From contig JARDVH010000157.1 of the NCBI GenBank assembly GCA_030324005.1, positions 13,993,685-14,052,367 on the forward strand: DNA of 58,683 bases, in the 5' to 3' direction. Positions 12,653 through 26,020 of the stretch are shown here, in pieces. This DNA is from Negaprion brevirostris. Lineage: Eukaryota. The notes under the pieces are model-generated. The model was not told the DNA's origin, did no database searches, and saw nothing but the letters and a program-made list of their open reading frames with translations. Each line of letters begins with the position of its first letter. The first letter of the stretch is position 1. A program made the position numbers and the translations under genes.

Positions 12653-14194
12653 AACGTATTTTTATTTCTGGAAGCATTCAGTAGATCAAGCAGCATGAGG
12701 CAATAGAGCAGATGAATCAGCATCTCAAGTCCGTTAACCCTTTGTCAAGACCAGGCAGTGTTCATACTCAAACCATAGTTTTGTCTGTTCTTTCCACAGA
12801 TGCTGACTGACGTACTTTTGTTTTTGTTTCAGATTTACAGCTGTATTTTTTTTGTTCATTTTCATTTGTTATCTGATTCGGCTTTTCATCACTTTTATCA
12901 ACACTGACTCAGAATTGACCAGTTCAAACAAAAAGAATTCCTAACATGTTGCTATTCTAACTTGTTGGATTAAGGGTGTTGGTGTGACTGTGCCAAGATA
13001 ACTGTGTGGAATGATTTGCTGAATTCTACTTACACAAAGTGTGTTAAGCTGTTACTAGGCACTCTGTGCCAAGCACATACAACTGAATCTTTAATGAGTA
13101 AAGTAGTTCACAGATAAGGAGTGATTAATACCCTCAAAGGAATTCTACGGCTGCCATTTGAGCATAATTATCAGTATAAATGTGAAAATTGTTTTTCTAG
13201 AAGGAAAAGCAAACTCAAAGGAGACAATGTAACCTGCCAAACTCTTCAGAAGGATGAAATAAAAATGGTAGCAAAATTCACAAGAAAGATCATCTTTCGG
13301 GTCCTGTTAGGCAGAGATAAAATATATCATGTCAGCCTGGGTTAAAAAATGTTATGCTAAGAGACTATAAAATGCTTTGAGCTACACAAAACCTGATTTA
13401 TGGAAAGGTTTATCACCCCAAATTTGATCACAGAGCTGATCCTTATTTTTATGAAATTAACTGAGATTCATTTTCATAGTCGTTCAAAGGCTGTTTGTAG
13501 GACGCATAGAATTTTAAAAGTGCTACGTGTGTTGGTATCTTCCTTTTATTGACTGCTGCTAACGTAGCAGAACTCTATTTAAGTAAAAATGTCTGAAGTA
13601 TACTCCCTCAAAGTCAGTTATTTGTTGGACCAATGAACGAATACAAGCAGCCCACAGTTAAGATCAAGTTTTGTAATCAGTATCATAGGATTGCATCTTT
13701 CATAATGTTTTACTGTAAGTCTGTTTAAAAAAAGACATGATGGCTTCAGCCTCGATTAATATTAATGTTTTTGATGAACTTGGTGAGACAGGTATACTCA
13801 CTGCAAATAACTTGAATGCATTGACCCCATAGTTACAAAAAATTGTATTAAGTTAGCTTGCTTTGATCCATTTTAATGACAGTGGTGGAGCTGAAACCAC
13901 AGTGATATAAGGTTGCGTTACACATTGTCTCTGAAGTCTGCAGGCCTTTATTCATCTAAGCAGAGCTTTGGCTGGTAGCCAGGATCATTTTACAGTCCAT
14001 CCCTTTAGCATGCCAAGAATGTATTTTAAAAAATGGCAAACACAGGAAATGCCTCAATAGCTTCTCCAGCTGCAGTTGGGAGGAGGTACAATAGGGATGC
14101 AAATTATTTGTTTAAAATGTGAATTAAAAAATCTAGCACCACCAGATTAGATTGGTGATGGATCTAGTGAACAATTGTTTAAACATTTTAAAAT

Positions 14195-14555
14195 CATCTT
14201 CCTCTCTGAGGGTATAATTCCTTATTTGGGTATGCTGTTATGGCTAATATTTACAATCCGCACCCAAGTGAACCATTCTTGATGTGTGAAACTAGACCGT
14301 CAACATCAGCAGGTCACAGGTGGCATCATAGCCAAGTTTAATCCAGCTGTGTCCAGTTTCCTATTTGCTACACACACTCTCATACATACCAAATCAGAGT
14401 CACTACCTAGCAACCAGAAGTACAAACTGTGGCTTGTGTTCACTTTCCTACCCATGAACACCTGAGGCTAATTGTAGTTCCTCCATTGCTGTACATCAGT
14501 GAATTCGGTAAAAACCTAGGATCACATTTGGGGTCTTACGTGCCTACTGAGTGAT
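14195..14555 (-). mobile_element. LF-SINE-like element, near full length, decayed
   Basis: CCAAGTG..CCATTCTTGATGTGTGA..CTAGAC...GGCATCATAGCC...CTGAGGCTAATTGTAG in LF-SINE order (reverse). Confidence 0.6.
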
Positions 14556-15800
14556 GTGAACAGTCTTAATTAGAGCAGACTGTACTTGTACACAATATTA
14601 ACATAAGCAGATTCTCAGCAAGTATCCCACTGATGCAAATTGTCCAAGTTCTGCTCCAAATGTATCAAGGAAGAGAAGCGATGATCTAATTACATGGTGT
14701 CACAGGCTTAAGGTTCTGAATGCCCTATTCCTTTTTATAGGGGTGGAACTTTACAACACCCCATGAGTGCCATGGCAGCAGCATTGTGCCATCACTTACC
14801 TGCCTCCATTGATATTTTATGAGGGGGAGTGCCTGTTCAGGCACTATAAGCTATTACACCCCACCCTCTGAACCCAGTTTTTCCATCCACCCCCCACCCA
14901 CTGCCTCTTCACTAGAGCTTGCCAAATTAGGTTTGGTGGAACCACCACCACCACCACCTGGTGGCACTGCTAAAGACAGTTGTTCAAGGATGCAGGACAT
15001 CTTCCCAGATGGAACAGGAAAACCTGTCCTGAGCAAATTAATGCCAGACTGATGTCAAATCACTCGAGGCTACCTGGCCCACAAGGCAGGCTCAACCTGA
15101 CTTTTAAGCAGACACCACAGCCTCTGCCTCCATGTTAAAGCTAGCTCCAGATTTTTGTGCTGTAATCAGTCTGGTGATAGGCCAGTGAACCTACAGACCA
15201 CTTTTATCTATACCCTGCCTGTTACATATACAGAAACGCCTTTTATATTTTGTTTGTATCTCTTCATTGTTGTTTGCATGCACAGTTTAATACTGTAAAA
15301 GTCCTAAAATTTGCTATTTGAATATTAGTGATATGAAATGTTACATATTTTATAAGCACTAAAGTGAAAACATCACCCACTAATTTGTTTCTTCAATCAG
15401 TGTAGCAAATAATCAAAGCTTTTAACAAGCAGGCTGGAACAAACCTTTTTGGGAATTTTTGAACATACTAAGACTAAAGCTTCAAAGCTTTAGATGTGTG
15501 TCTGTTTGGAACAGTAACAATTATTCAAATCCAACATTTGAACATTCAAGCTATATAAAACAAAGTCAATGTTAATAACCTAATGTCATTCTGCAAAAGT
15601 GTAACCACCTTAATAGAATTTGATAGCAACTGCCTATAAGCCTTAATTGTGAGGCTTCCTCAAAAAAACTTCAAAAATTGAGTTTGATAAAATTCAACAG
15701 ATCAGTGCTTATTTGAATAAAGTGTAATCAAGTTTGGCTCCTTAAACAACTGTGTAAAATTGCTGCTATGTTGTTGTTTTGTACTGTTTCCTTTTCATTC

Positions 15801-16005
15801 TGTAAAGATGTTCATTCACCAGTTTGGGGAAAACTCAACTAGTTTATTTACAGGTAAAAACTATACAGAGGCTTGTAGTCTCATGGCTGCAATCAGCTTC
15901 CAAGATGACTTGAGTACAGAATCTGGTGCTTTTCAGAGTGATTCCCCCACCCTGGATCATGTGACCCTTATTCTGCAATTGACCCTTAAAGGAACAATCA
16001 CTATA
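15801..16005 (-). repeat. 3' LTR of the Gypsy element
   Basis: Direct repeat of 19620-19837 (TGTAAAGATG vs TATAAAGATG; shared AGATGACT..GAGTACAGAA and CATGTGACCCTTA); PPT adjacent. Confidence 0.85.
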
Positions 16006-18601
16006 TCCCTCTCCTACAAATGTCAATAATCAATTTACACAGTCCAAGATAATCAAATATTTAGTACATGAACCATTTCAGGGTGTTTCCAAATCCTTAT
16101 GGAGTGGGTAATTCCTCCGTGAGGATTGCTGTCAGCTGAAACCACAGTGACAGGTGCCTCTACGGGCACAGGCAATTCAGTCTATCTGTTTCCTTGGAGA
16201 TGTCAATGATGTCTGCCACAGGAGAATCAAGTACTTCAGCAACATTTCCTGATGGTAACATAGTTCCTGACGGCAAAACTGGCTGCTAGGGCATCGCTCC
16301 TTTTCTCAAATGGCCTTGTGTTTTCGGACAATCCAAAATAGTTGAACGGCTCGCACCACTAGCTGTCATCTGTTGGATGCTGGATGGTAAGGCGCATTCT
16401 AATGAGCTTTATACTATTGAGTGTGGTGAAGCTTTGAAACTGAGCACTTGTGAATACTGACTTCAGGTATTCAGTGGGTGGAAAAACTATAGTGTAACCT
16501 TTCAATGGTAATGTGCGATGTAGGAGACTTCACCTCAAAAACATCAATCCACTTAGAGTGTGCATGAGCTTAGAGTGGACAAAAACACTTTGCCCACGAA
16601 TGGACCAACATAATTAATATGAACTCATACTCACGATCGAACAGGTCATTCCCAAGAATACAGTGGGGTTTCAGCAGGTAATCTTTGTTGCAATTGGCAT
16701 TGTTCACAGACTAGGCTTGACTAGGCTCTTGATATCGAAATCAATGCCTGGCCAACACACACAACATCTGGCGAGCGTCGTCATCTTTGAGGTGTCCAAA
16801 TAAGCACTCTGTAATTCCATCAGAAGCAGCTCTGTGCCTGATACAAAGACATACTGTCACTTCCCAGAGTATGATGCCATCCTGGCAAATCATTTCATTC
16901 TTTTGGGTAGTAAATGTTTTCATTTCTTCAGAAACTAGCTCATTGATGCAACTTGTAAGTAATTTGTATCTCACTTTGGACAGAGGTGGATGCCAACTGT
17001 ATATCTGTGGGTGGACAGAACTATCGTGCAACATTGAATTCTTGCCAGTACAATTGGTGGATAGCCTAGTCTTTAAAAAAGATCCAGGAGCGGTTTGTGG
17101 TCAGAAGTGATAAAATGCCTACCAGATAAGTACAGGTGGAATTTCACAACACCAAAAATTATTGATAATTCTTTCTCAATTTGAGAGTTGCCTTTNNNNN
17201 NNNNNNNNNNNNNNNNNNNNNNNNNNNNNNNNNNNNNNNNNNNNNNNNNNNNNNNNNNNNNNNNNNNNNNNNNNNNNNNNNNNNNNNNNNNNNNNTCCTT
17301 CTTTCTCAATTTGAGAGTTGCCTTTTTTGGCCTCTGCAAGGGTTCTTGAGACATAGCCTAATGATTGTTCAGATCCATCATCCATCTCATGGACAACACT
17401 GCACCAATGCCATATGGCGAGTCAGCGCAGGTCAACACCAGTTCCTTTACACAGGTCAAAATGTACTAACAAGTTGAAAGAATGCAGCAATTGTTCTGCT
17501 CTGTGGAAAGCTTTTTTTCAGGGGAGTCTTCCAAGACCGACGCCATTGTTTCTTTAGCAGAATATGCAAGGGGGCCAATTACATTGACAAGTTTGGATTT
17601 TAAAAATGCCGATAATTTACCATTTCCCGGGGTCTGATGCCTTTTCTATGGCCTTCATCTTCTGTGGGGTGTAATCTACATGATACCCTAAATAGGTTAC
17701 CTCAGTGAATTGAAAAATATATTACTGCTCTTGAAACAAACTCCAATCTCTTGAAATCTCTTCAGCATCTCCTAAATTTGCTAGATGCTCGGTTTCTATT
17801 GATCCAGTTATGAGAACATCATCAAGATATACCACAACTGGTGGCAGCACCTGCAGCAGAGCCTCCATTGTCCTTTGAAAAATTGTACATGTTAAAGACC
17901 TGCCAAAAGACAGGTGCATATATTAGGATAAATGTGTGTGTTTATCATGACAACCTCGTGAAGCATTGGCTTAATTCGAGTTGCTGATATGCATGACTTG
18001 TACCCAGCTTTGTATAAGATTGACCTCCAACTTGGCATACAGGTATTCCGCCTTTGGGATCGAATATTTATCCAGATTGGCAGTCCGATTAACTATTAAC
18101 TTGTAATCATCATAAATGCGGATGGTCTTGTCGGATTTCAAGACGCAAAGTATAGGTGCTGCCCTTTGTGGTAACTGAACTGTTTAGATAATGTCCAGTT
18201 CTTCCAATTGCTTTAATTCGGTCTCTACTTCAGCTCGCAAAAGCACCTGGTATTGGTCTCGCCCTAAAGAATCACGGGGTCGCCTCTGGGTCCACATACC
18301 TCTAACCTTGTATGCCTTTTATTTTGCCTAATTCATCCTTGAAGACCGTTTCATATTTCTTCTTCAGTTTGGGTAGTGCTCCTTCCTACACTTGGAAAAT
18401 CATGACCCAATTTAACTTGATTTTCTTAAGACAAATATGGCTGAGTAGCTTGGTCATTACCTGTCATTATGATCACTGGGAGTTGGGCAGACTGTTGTTC
18501 TTGACTTACAGGTCCAATTCTGGTCCCCAGTATTTTTTATCACTTCTCCAGTATAAGTTGTTAACTTGGTCATGGTACTCTTCATATTCAATGGTTACAA
18601 C

Positions 18602-18733
18602 CATAGAATCCATAAAGTGCAGAAAGCTACCTTCTGGCCCATCAAGTCTGCGCTGACCCTCTAAAAGAGTATCCCACCCTCCACCCTATTCCCATAATCC
18701 TGGCTAATCCACCGAACTACACATCTTTGGACT
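18602..18733 (-). mobile_element. 5'-truncated HE1 V-SINE inserted into Gypsy pol
   Basis: CATAGAATCC...GGCCCATCAAGTCTGC...CACATCTTTGGACT is the reverse HE1 tail. Confidence 0.8.
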
Positions 18734-19619
18734 CCTTTTCTCAATTACCAATATGTATTCTCATTTATTACATTAGCTGATGCCCCTGTATCAGCATTCA
18801 CCTTAAGAGGCTTCCCATTCACCTGGAGCATAACTGCATTAGGGGCTATCTTGCCCCTAATTTTTATTTTTAAACAGTGAATGAATATTTAAATAATTGG
18901 TCCTAGACTCATTGTATACTGGTGATGCATTAGTTAATAGGCTACTCAGTAGACTTAATTTGACTCAGCACCTATGCCCCTCCTATGACAAAAAAAAAGT
19001 CTCCTTATACCTGCAGGATTCAGGGGAGTGGTTACCGTCACATCGGTAACATTCCACATCAAATTTTGCTGATTGCCTCTTCTGAATCGTCTTATTTGTG
19101 GCTGAACTTGTTTTCTGCCTCGTGGCGGCTACTTCAATTTTGTTGCCACTGCTGACAACAGGTTCCCACCCTAGCTGGTGAACGGCGCCATTTTATGTGT
19201 GCTAACTCCTGTGCACCTTTTAAGCACTTTTTATTGCCTGTGATGTCTCTGCTAGTTTCACATGGGGCTCTCTCCTTGGATTAAACGTGAGTCAGTTGAG
19301 TATGACTGGTTTAGGCTGGAATTGTGACTTCAACAATTCCACAAACTTACTGAATGATTGGGAGTTGGTCACGTATGAGGCTGTGAGATTGCAATTTAGA
19401 TCATAAGTTTGAGTTCCATACACAGTCAGGACAATTGCCTTGCACTTTGCCTCTTCCCCCATTTCATTCACTTGGAAGTAATACCCAAAAAAGCATTCTA
19501 TATATTCGCGTGAATTCTACTGCCTCACCCACTACAGAATTGGGGTGGACAATGGGTTGACCTCAGGCAGAAATTTCCGGTTTCGCTCAAGGATTTTTTT
19601 TAATATCTTTGTTGCTAAA

Positions 19620-19837
19620 TATAAAGATGCTTGTTCCCCAGTTTAGGAAAACCAAACTTGTTTTATTATATATTAAAACTGTTCAGAGTCTTGTGGCTGT
19701 AGTCTGCTCCCGAGATGACTCTGAGTACAGAAGCCCTTGCTTACCAGGGTGATTTCCCCCACGTTGCTTCCCAATTGGTTCCCTGGGTCATGTGACCCTT
19801 AACCTGCAGATTGTCCCCTTAAGGGTCAATGACCACA
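19620..19837 (-). repeat. 5' LTR of the Gypsy element
   Basis: Starts TGTGGTC on the - strand; followed by a degenerate PBS-like TTAGCAACAAAG and then gag. Confidence 0.85.
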
Positions 19838-21039
19838 TTCATTTCTGTAAAAGCAAAGAAGGCAACACTAAATATGCCGCATGTTTAAATTTTATATATA
19901 ANNNNNNNNNNNNNNNNNNNNNNNNNNNNNNNNNNNNNNNNNNNNNNNNNNNNNNNNNNNNNNNNNNNNNNNNNNNNNNNNNNNNNNNNNNNNNNNNNNN
20001 NNNNNNNNNNNNNNNNNNNNNNNNNNNNNNNNNNNNNNNNNNNNNNNNNNNNNNNNNNNNNNNNNNNNNNNNNNNNNNNNNNNNNNNNNNNNNNNNNNNN
20101 NNNNNNNNNNNNNNNNNNNNNACAGTAAGTTAAAAGGTCGACCGTTGGTTATATGCATCCTGCCTTTCCAACGTTACTGATTTGATGCTAGGGGACATGA
20201 GGTAAGCAAAAGAATTCTTTAATGAGTGTCATATGAACAAGTGTGAAAGCTTTAACTGTTGAGTTTCTGTGTTGCCCTCATTTGCAGGGGTTTTAGAGAA
20301 TAAAATCTCTCGAATAAATTGAGCTTTACACATAACTGTAAAAGGCTATAACTGGACACTATTGATGAATTAAATTCATAAACAGATGTTTCTTGTCTGC
20401 GTCTAGGGACTTGCCTGTAACCTGCCATTTAATCAGTCTATGGTGGTCTGTTTGAGACTGTTATGTAAGGTTAGCCTGTTTAAATAAAAACCTGTAATAT
20501 TCAGGCAAGCTTGCTCAATAAGGATCTGTGACCTTACCATTTGCAGACGTCTGTCTGTGAAGGGCTTTATTCAAATTATGTGGTGATTCATAAATGCTTT
20601 TAGTGATTAGTTGAAAATCTCTTGGAATCTATCCCATTATAGATTTTGTCCAATGTGCATTATAAAATGGGAAACATAACAGTGGTGGCCTTTTAACAAA
20701 GCAAAACAGCATTTTGAAGGAGTTTTCTCCTCCAAAATAACTTGAGACTTCCCAGTGTTCTAAAAAAGTTAGACAAAAGGATTGTTAAATAATCAGGAAT
20801 TATTTAAATTCCTGATAAGGTTAAAGTTACTGATGGGCTTTCCCACAGAATTAACCAATCTCTATCAAAACAGTAATAGAGAAACATAGTTTGCCACAGT
20901 AGAGCAAAACATCAACCGTGATGCCAGCTCCTGTTGCAACACCTGTTGCAAAGGCACATGTGTGAACCTTGGGTGAGGACAGGATTGTGATTGACGGTGA
21001 CTTCCACCTTACTCCAAGTCAGAACATGCTTCAACTCCT

Positions 21040-23325
21040 GTAAATGTATGGGAACACAAGTGTGTGACAAGAGCATAGTCTAAAACCTCAGTGAGATGAG
21101 GTACGAGTGCTAACTTGGAAATTTGGTGCGGGTAGAAATCTCTCAAGATTACCAGCCAGACTCTAACTTAAAACTTTAAAATTGCAAGCCAGTTAAGAAG
21201 CCTAATTAACAGAAATTGCCTGGCAGTGATATTTTCAGTTGACTGACAGATAACTGAATAATAAGTGTCAGAAGAAGCTGATTTAACAGTTGTAACTTTG
21301 GTGTGAGTCACTCAGCCCTCTATAAAAGTAGACAGGTGTTGCTATTGCTTAGATTGTGGGAGCACAGTGTGTGATGAGGTCTGTCTCTATGCTGAGGTAT
21401 GGGTGTTGACTTGGGAATTTTATGCAGTGCAGACAGGGAAGAAGATCCTACTTTTTAAATCTTTTTCTTAGCCTTCTAGAAGGCAGTGAGTGTTCAAGGC
21501 TTTATTTGAATGAGCAGATAGGTGATTTGTGATTTTTGTTTAAAGATTTTGTCCCTGTAAACGTGGGCAGTAGTTTAACAGTATCAGTTAAACTGTTTGG
21601 TACAAGTACAAACAACAGATGAGTGGCTTTCTAAACTTGAAACCTAATTAGTTAAATTAAACACAATAAAGATGGTAGGGCAGATGATGTGTTGCAGTTG
21701 TAACATGTGGGAACTGATGGACACCAGGGAAATCCATAACAGTCACACCTTCAGTAAGTGTATGCAATGCAGCTTGAGGAAATTCAGCCCCAAATTGATG
21801 AGCTAGAGTCTGAGCTTTGGACATTGTGATGCATTAGGGAAAAAGAAAGTTACCTTGGCACTTTGTTTCAGGAGGAAGTCACATGCCTTAGGCCTGGTAC
21901 TTCAGATGTGGCTCATGATCATGGACAAAAGGGTAAGACTACAAGTCGGGCAGACGTGGGGATCCAGAAGGTAGCAATGTTAGAGCTTCAGGCCTTGCAG
22001 TTGTCCAATAGGTTCGCGGTTCATACAACTTTGTGTGGATGAGAGCAACGACTGCTGGGAAGATGACACGGTACTGTTGTTCAGAGAACCATTCAAATGA
22101 GAGGAGTAAGAATAATATACTTGCAGTAGGGGACAGTATAGTTGGGATATATAGTGCTGTCTGCAGCCACGAGTGACAGTGCCAAAGGCTGCGTTGCCTG
22201 CCTGGTGTCAGGTTAAGGGCATCAACTCAGAACTGAACAGCAACTTGGAGTGGGAGAAAAACCATGTAGTACTAACCCATAAATAGGACCACGAAAGACG
22301 TTATGCAGAAGGGACTATGAGAAGCTGGGGACTAAACAGAACCACAAAGAGAAAATTTCTGGATTACTATCTGAGTCATGAGAAAATTGCAGAGCTCAAA
22401 GATGGGAGAATGGGGTTTTGATTCATGGGACACTAGCACCAATACTGAGAATTTATTGGGATGGCCTTCACCTGAACTATGCTGAAAATTGTATAACTGG
22501 GGCTGTAGAAAGGGCTGTAAACCAAATCTTGTATATTTCAATAAGATTACCTCTCATTCTTCTAAATTCCAATGAGTATTGGCCAAGCCTATATTCAGGT
22601 GGGAGATCATTGTAGGTTGACATTCCGATCTGCTACTTATGTAGGCAGTGAGTGCCAGGAAGAATATCCTGATGCTGTGCAAGAGGAGGCCATCCCACCA
22701 AATAAAGGAGGTAAATCAAGGCAGGGTTTTGCGATATGATAACCAGAGCACACCATGTTATGCCTGCAGATCTAGGCTGTCACTTCTGCCCAGGCCTCCT
22801 TCATTTGATGGGATGGCTTTCTCTTGCACAGCATCAGGATGTCCTACCTGGCACTTGTTGCCTTCAAGAGTAGCGGGGACAGAGTGTCAACCTGCAATAC
22901 CCTCTCCCACCTGAGTATAGGCTTTGCCTATACTCATTGGAATTTAGAAGAACAGGAGATGATCTTATTGAAACCAAGATTCTGAGGGGGCTTGATAGGG
23001 TGGATATTTGAAAGGTCTTTCCTATTGTGGGAAATCTCGATCTAGGTTTCCTTGTCACAGTTTAAAAATAAGGGGGCCTCCCATTTAAACTGGGAAATGA
23101 GGAGGAATTTCTTCAGTCATTAGTCTTTGAAATTTTTACCCCCAGCAAGCAGTGGAGGTGGGGTCACTGAACATATTCCAGACTTGAGTTAAACAGATTT
23201 TTGATTGTCAAGGGAGTTAAGGGTTATGGGGCCTAGCACTAAAGTGGAGTTCAGGCCATTATCTTATTGAATGCTGGAACAGGCTCAAGCAATTGAATGG
23301 CCTACTCCTGCTCCTATTTCTTATA
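21040..23325 (+). mobile_element. CR1 LINE derivative: 5'UTR, decayed ORF1 (Zn finger plus SGNH esterase), hairpin, ORF2 3' end and 3'UTR; most of ORF2 missing
   Basis: From 21672 MVGQMMCCSCNMWEL...IDELESEL; LQLSNRF; AVGDSIV; CLPGVR; WDGLHLN; then LYSLEFRR..DLIET from ~22925 and tail TGGCCTACTCCTGCTCCTATTTCTTAT. Confidence 0.88.
22525..22981. repeat. Inverted repeat, arms 22525-22711 and 22795-22981
   Basis: TTCTTCTAAATTCCAATGAGTAT pairs with ATACTCATTGGAATTTAGAAGAA; ATCCTGATGCTGTGCAAGAG pairs with CTCTTGCACAGCATCAGGAT. Confidence 0.92.
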
Positions 23326-23498
23326 AAGTTATTATCTTAATATTTTGGTACCTGTGGCACTCCATCACATCAGTAAGAAATTCAAATTCACATTCAGAAC
23401 ATATTTAGGAAAACAACTAGCAGGGAAGCATATTTGAAATTTGCTTTACTTTCAAGGATGCTTTAACTTTTCAAATTTAAATTCAATAGTATGTCCGC

Positions 23499-23640
23499 AA
23501 GTTTAACCTGACATGCCTGTCAGAAAATTGACAGGAACAGATGCAACAGTGTAGTTGCACGCAGCCTGATTTTACTTTCGATTGAAATCACTCCCATCTG
23601 ATCCTTTGGGTTTCCCACCTAGCAAGTTAGGTTGAAATTA
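23499..23640. mobile_element. Short MITE-like foldback
   Basis: ~45-bp imperfect IRs AAGTTTAACCTGAC...GGAACAGATG and CATCTGATCC...GTTAGGTTGAAATT. Confidence 0.6.
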
Positions 23641-24349
23641 CCTAATTCTGTTTGTTCGGAAATATAGAATATTTTAGAAAACTTAACCTGACCTGAAGTC
23701 TTTCATTTCATCTGTCCTACAATTTAAAGGGACCATCAGAATAGTTAAAATTTTATTAACGTACAATGATTTTACAGTTTTTCCCCAGTATATCCTTTCG
23801 ATTTTAGCTGAACCAGGAACCAAATCTAAATTTTCCCAGTGGAAAGAGATAAATTAGCTTCCTTACACAATTCATTTTTGCAGTATGAAATATTTTTTGC
23901 TTTGGTAAACGTTTGATTTAGATGCTATTTAAAATGTCATTTTTAATTTTAGCATCTTCCTTTGATGCAAAAGATTGACTCCAACTCATTGTTTTTTTTA
24001 CTAAGTGTGGCAGTACCAAGGTACTGCAATGAAATGTGCAGAAGTAGATTTTTTTACTAACTACACACGTTGTTCAGAGATAATGATCAGCAAGCAAGGT
24101 GTTGGTGTTAGTGAAGTGATGGTCCTGACACTTTATTTCATGGGCACAGATTGCTCTGCAGCAGATCAGTGCAACAGTACATCAGTGTCACACTGCTAGA
24201 ATTCAGACCAGGTAAATGTTGTGATAAAATCTGTTAACCTTGTTCGTTGTCAAGTAACTGCTATGATAATTAATTTCACAGAATTATTGCTTCAAAAAGC
24301 CTACAAGTTTCAAAGTACAAGTATTAATAAGTGCTTCAGAGTTTGGGAA

Positions 24350-24912
24350 ACTTAATCAGGCGGGAGGATGATAGATTGGAACCCCAAAACCTTTCCCCTC
24401 TGCCACCAATTGAAGCTCTTAAATGGGCAACTAATGCCCACTTAAGGTCCTTATCCCATTGTCACTAGAATTCATCCAGTAGTGGGAAGGGGATTGGCCG
24501 TGTGGAAAGCCTTGGGCTTCCAGTGTCCCTCATTGGGCACTCAGTTCCTAATTAAGGGTTGATGGGCCTGTCAAGAGTTACTTTCTGCTTTTGTTGCTGA
24601 CCCTCTCCTTGCCCCCTCCCACCAAATGCCAGCCAGCCACCACTATCCTGTGGTCTGGATCCTGGACAATCCTTGGCTTCTGGTGGATGCATTACCAGCC
24701 ACTGTCTCCCTGGTGGCACTGCTGCATAGTACACAGCTATTGGCTTCTGGCAAACAGCTTTCGGAAGGATGGGGTCTCTGTCCCCAGGATCCTTGATCCC
24801 AAGGAAGGTCTGCCACTGGCCACTTAAGTGCCTGACAATACTTTATCCAACGAGCCTTCCCCAGAGGAGGTGACAGAGTCTAGACTCCCATTGCATACAT
24901 TAAATTCTGCCC
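24350..24912. mobile_element. MITE or non-autonomous DNA transposon relic (family of 180-564)
   Basis: GCCCACTTAAGG and GGCCACTTAAGTG motifs; terminal TAAATTCTGCCC. Confidence 0.45.
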
Positions 24913-25067
24913 ACGCCCTTAAGTATCCCTTGTTACGTACCTGGTGAATATATAGATGCATTAATGGTTTTGAACAATCTAGATAGAAGTCATGTCTGAG
25001 GATATGAGTGAGCACGTTGGTGTTCTACCAAGGTTTAAAACTAATGACTTGTAGTCTTTTTTAAGGC

Positions 25068-26020
25068 TGCCACAGGGATCGGTGCTGGGGCCTCAACTAT
25101 TTACCATATACATAGACGATCTGGAGGAGGGGGCTGAGTGTAGGGTAACAAAGTTTGCTGATGACACGAAGGTGAGTGGAAAAGCGAATTGCATGGAGGA
25201 CGTGGAAAGTGTGCAGAGATTTGGATAGGCTGAGTGAGTGGGCGAGGACCTGGCAGATGGACTATAACATTGGCAAATGTGNNNNNNNNNNNNNNNNNNN
25301 NNNNNNNNNNNNNNNNNNNNNNNNNNNNNNNNNNNNNNNNNNNNNNNNNNNNNNNNNNNNNNNNNNNNNNNNNNNNNNNNNNNNNNNNNNNNNNNNNNNN
25401 NNNNNNNNNNNNNNNNNNNNNNNNNNNNNNNNNNNNNNNNNNNNNNNNNNNNNNNNNNNNNNNNNNNNNNNNNNNNNNNNNNNNNNNNNNNNNNNNNNNN
25501 NNNNNNNNNNNNNNNNNNNNNNNNNNNNNNNNNNNNNNNNNNNNNNNNNNNNNNNNNNNNNNNNNNNNNNNNNNNNNNNNNNNNNNNNNNNNNNNNNNNN
25601 NNNNNNNNNNNNNNNNNNNNNNNNNNNNNNNNNNNNNNNNNNACATACAAGATAATGAAGGGGCTAGATAGGGTAGAGGTAGAGAGATTCTTTCCATTTA
25701 GAAAGGAAACCAGGACTAGAGGGCACAGCCTCCAAATAAGGGAGGGGGGGGTGGTTTAGAACAGAGTTGAGGAGGAACTTCTTCTCTGAGGGTGGTGAAT
25801 CTCTGGAATTCTCTGCCCATTGAAGTGGTGGAGGCTACTTCATTCAATATGTTTAAGTCACAGGTAGATAGATTCCTGATCAATAAGGGAATTAAGGGTT
25901 ACGGGGAGCAAGCAGTTAAGTGGAACTGATCCACTTCAGATCAGCCGTGACCTTATTGAATGGCGGGGCAGGCTTGAAGGGCTAGATGGCCTACTGCTGC
26001 TCCTATTTCTTATGTTCTTA
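25068..26020 (+). mobile_element. 5'-truncated CR1 LINE (HER1-like), RT C-terminal half and 3'UTR, interrupted by an N gap
   Basis: PQGSVLGPQLFTIYIDDLEEGAECRVTKFADDTK; TYKIMKGLDRV...TRTRGHSL; tail ATTTCTTATGTTCTTA. Confidence 0.95.

Larger units (their letters stand above)
15801..19837 (-). mobile_element. Ty3/Gypsy LTR retrotransposon (Mag-like), structurally complete but decayed
   Basis: LTR pair 15801-16005 and 19620-19837; PPT AGGAGAGGGA (rc of 16006-16015); gag YFQVNEM...KAIVLTVYG; knuckle CYRCDGNHSPESC (~19012-19051); protease DTGAS (~18781-18792); RT YTKLGTSHAYQQLE and YLDD (17818-17829); RNase [14 protein letters not shown] and TSDHKPL; integrase remnants. Order PR-RT-RH-IN. Confidence 0.93.

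Noticed and set aside
17168-17325. Apparent tandem duplication TTCTTTCTCAATTTGAGAGTTGCCTTT (KGNSQIEKE twice) around a 100-N gap
   Set aside because: Identical sequence on both gap edges is a typical unmerged contig overlap; the RNase H motif should occur once
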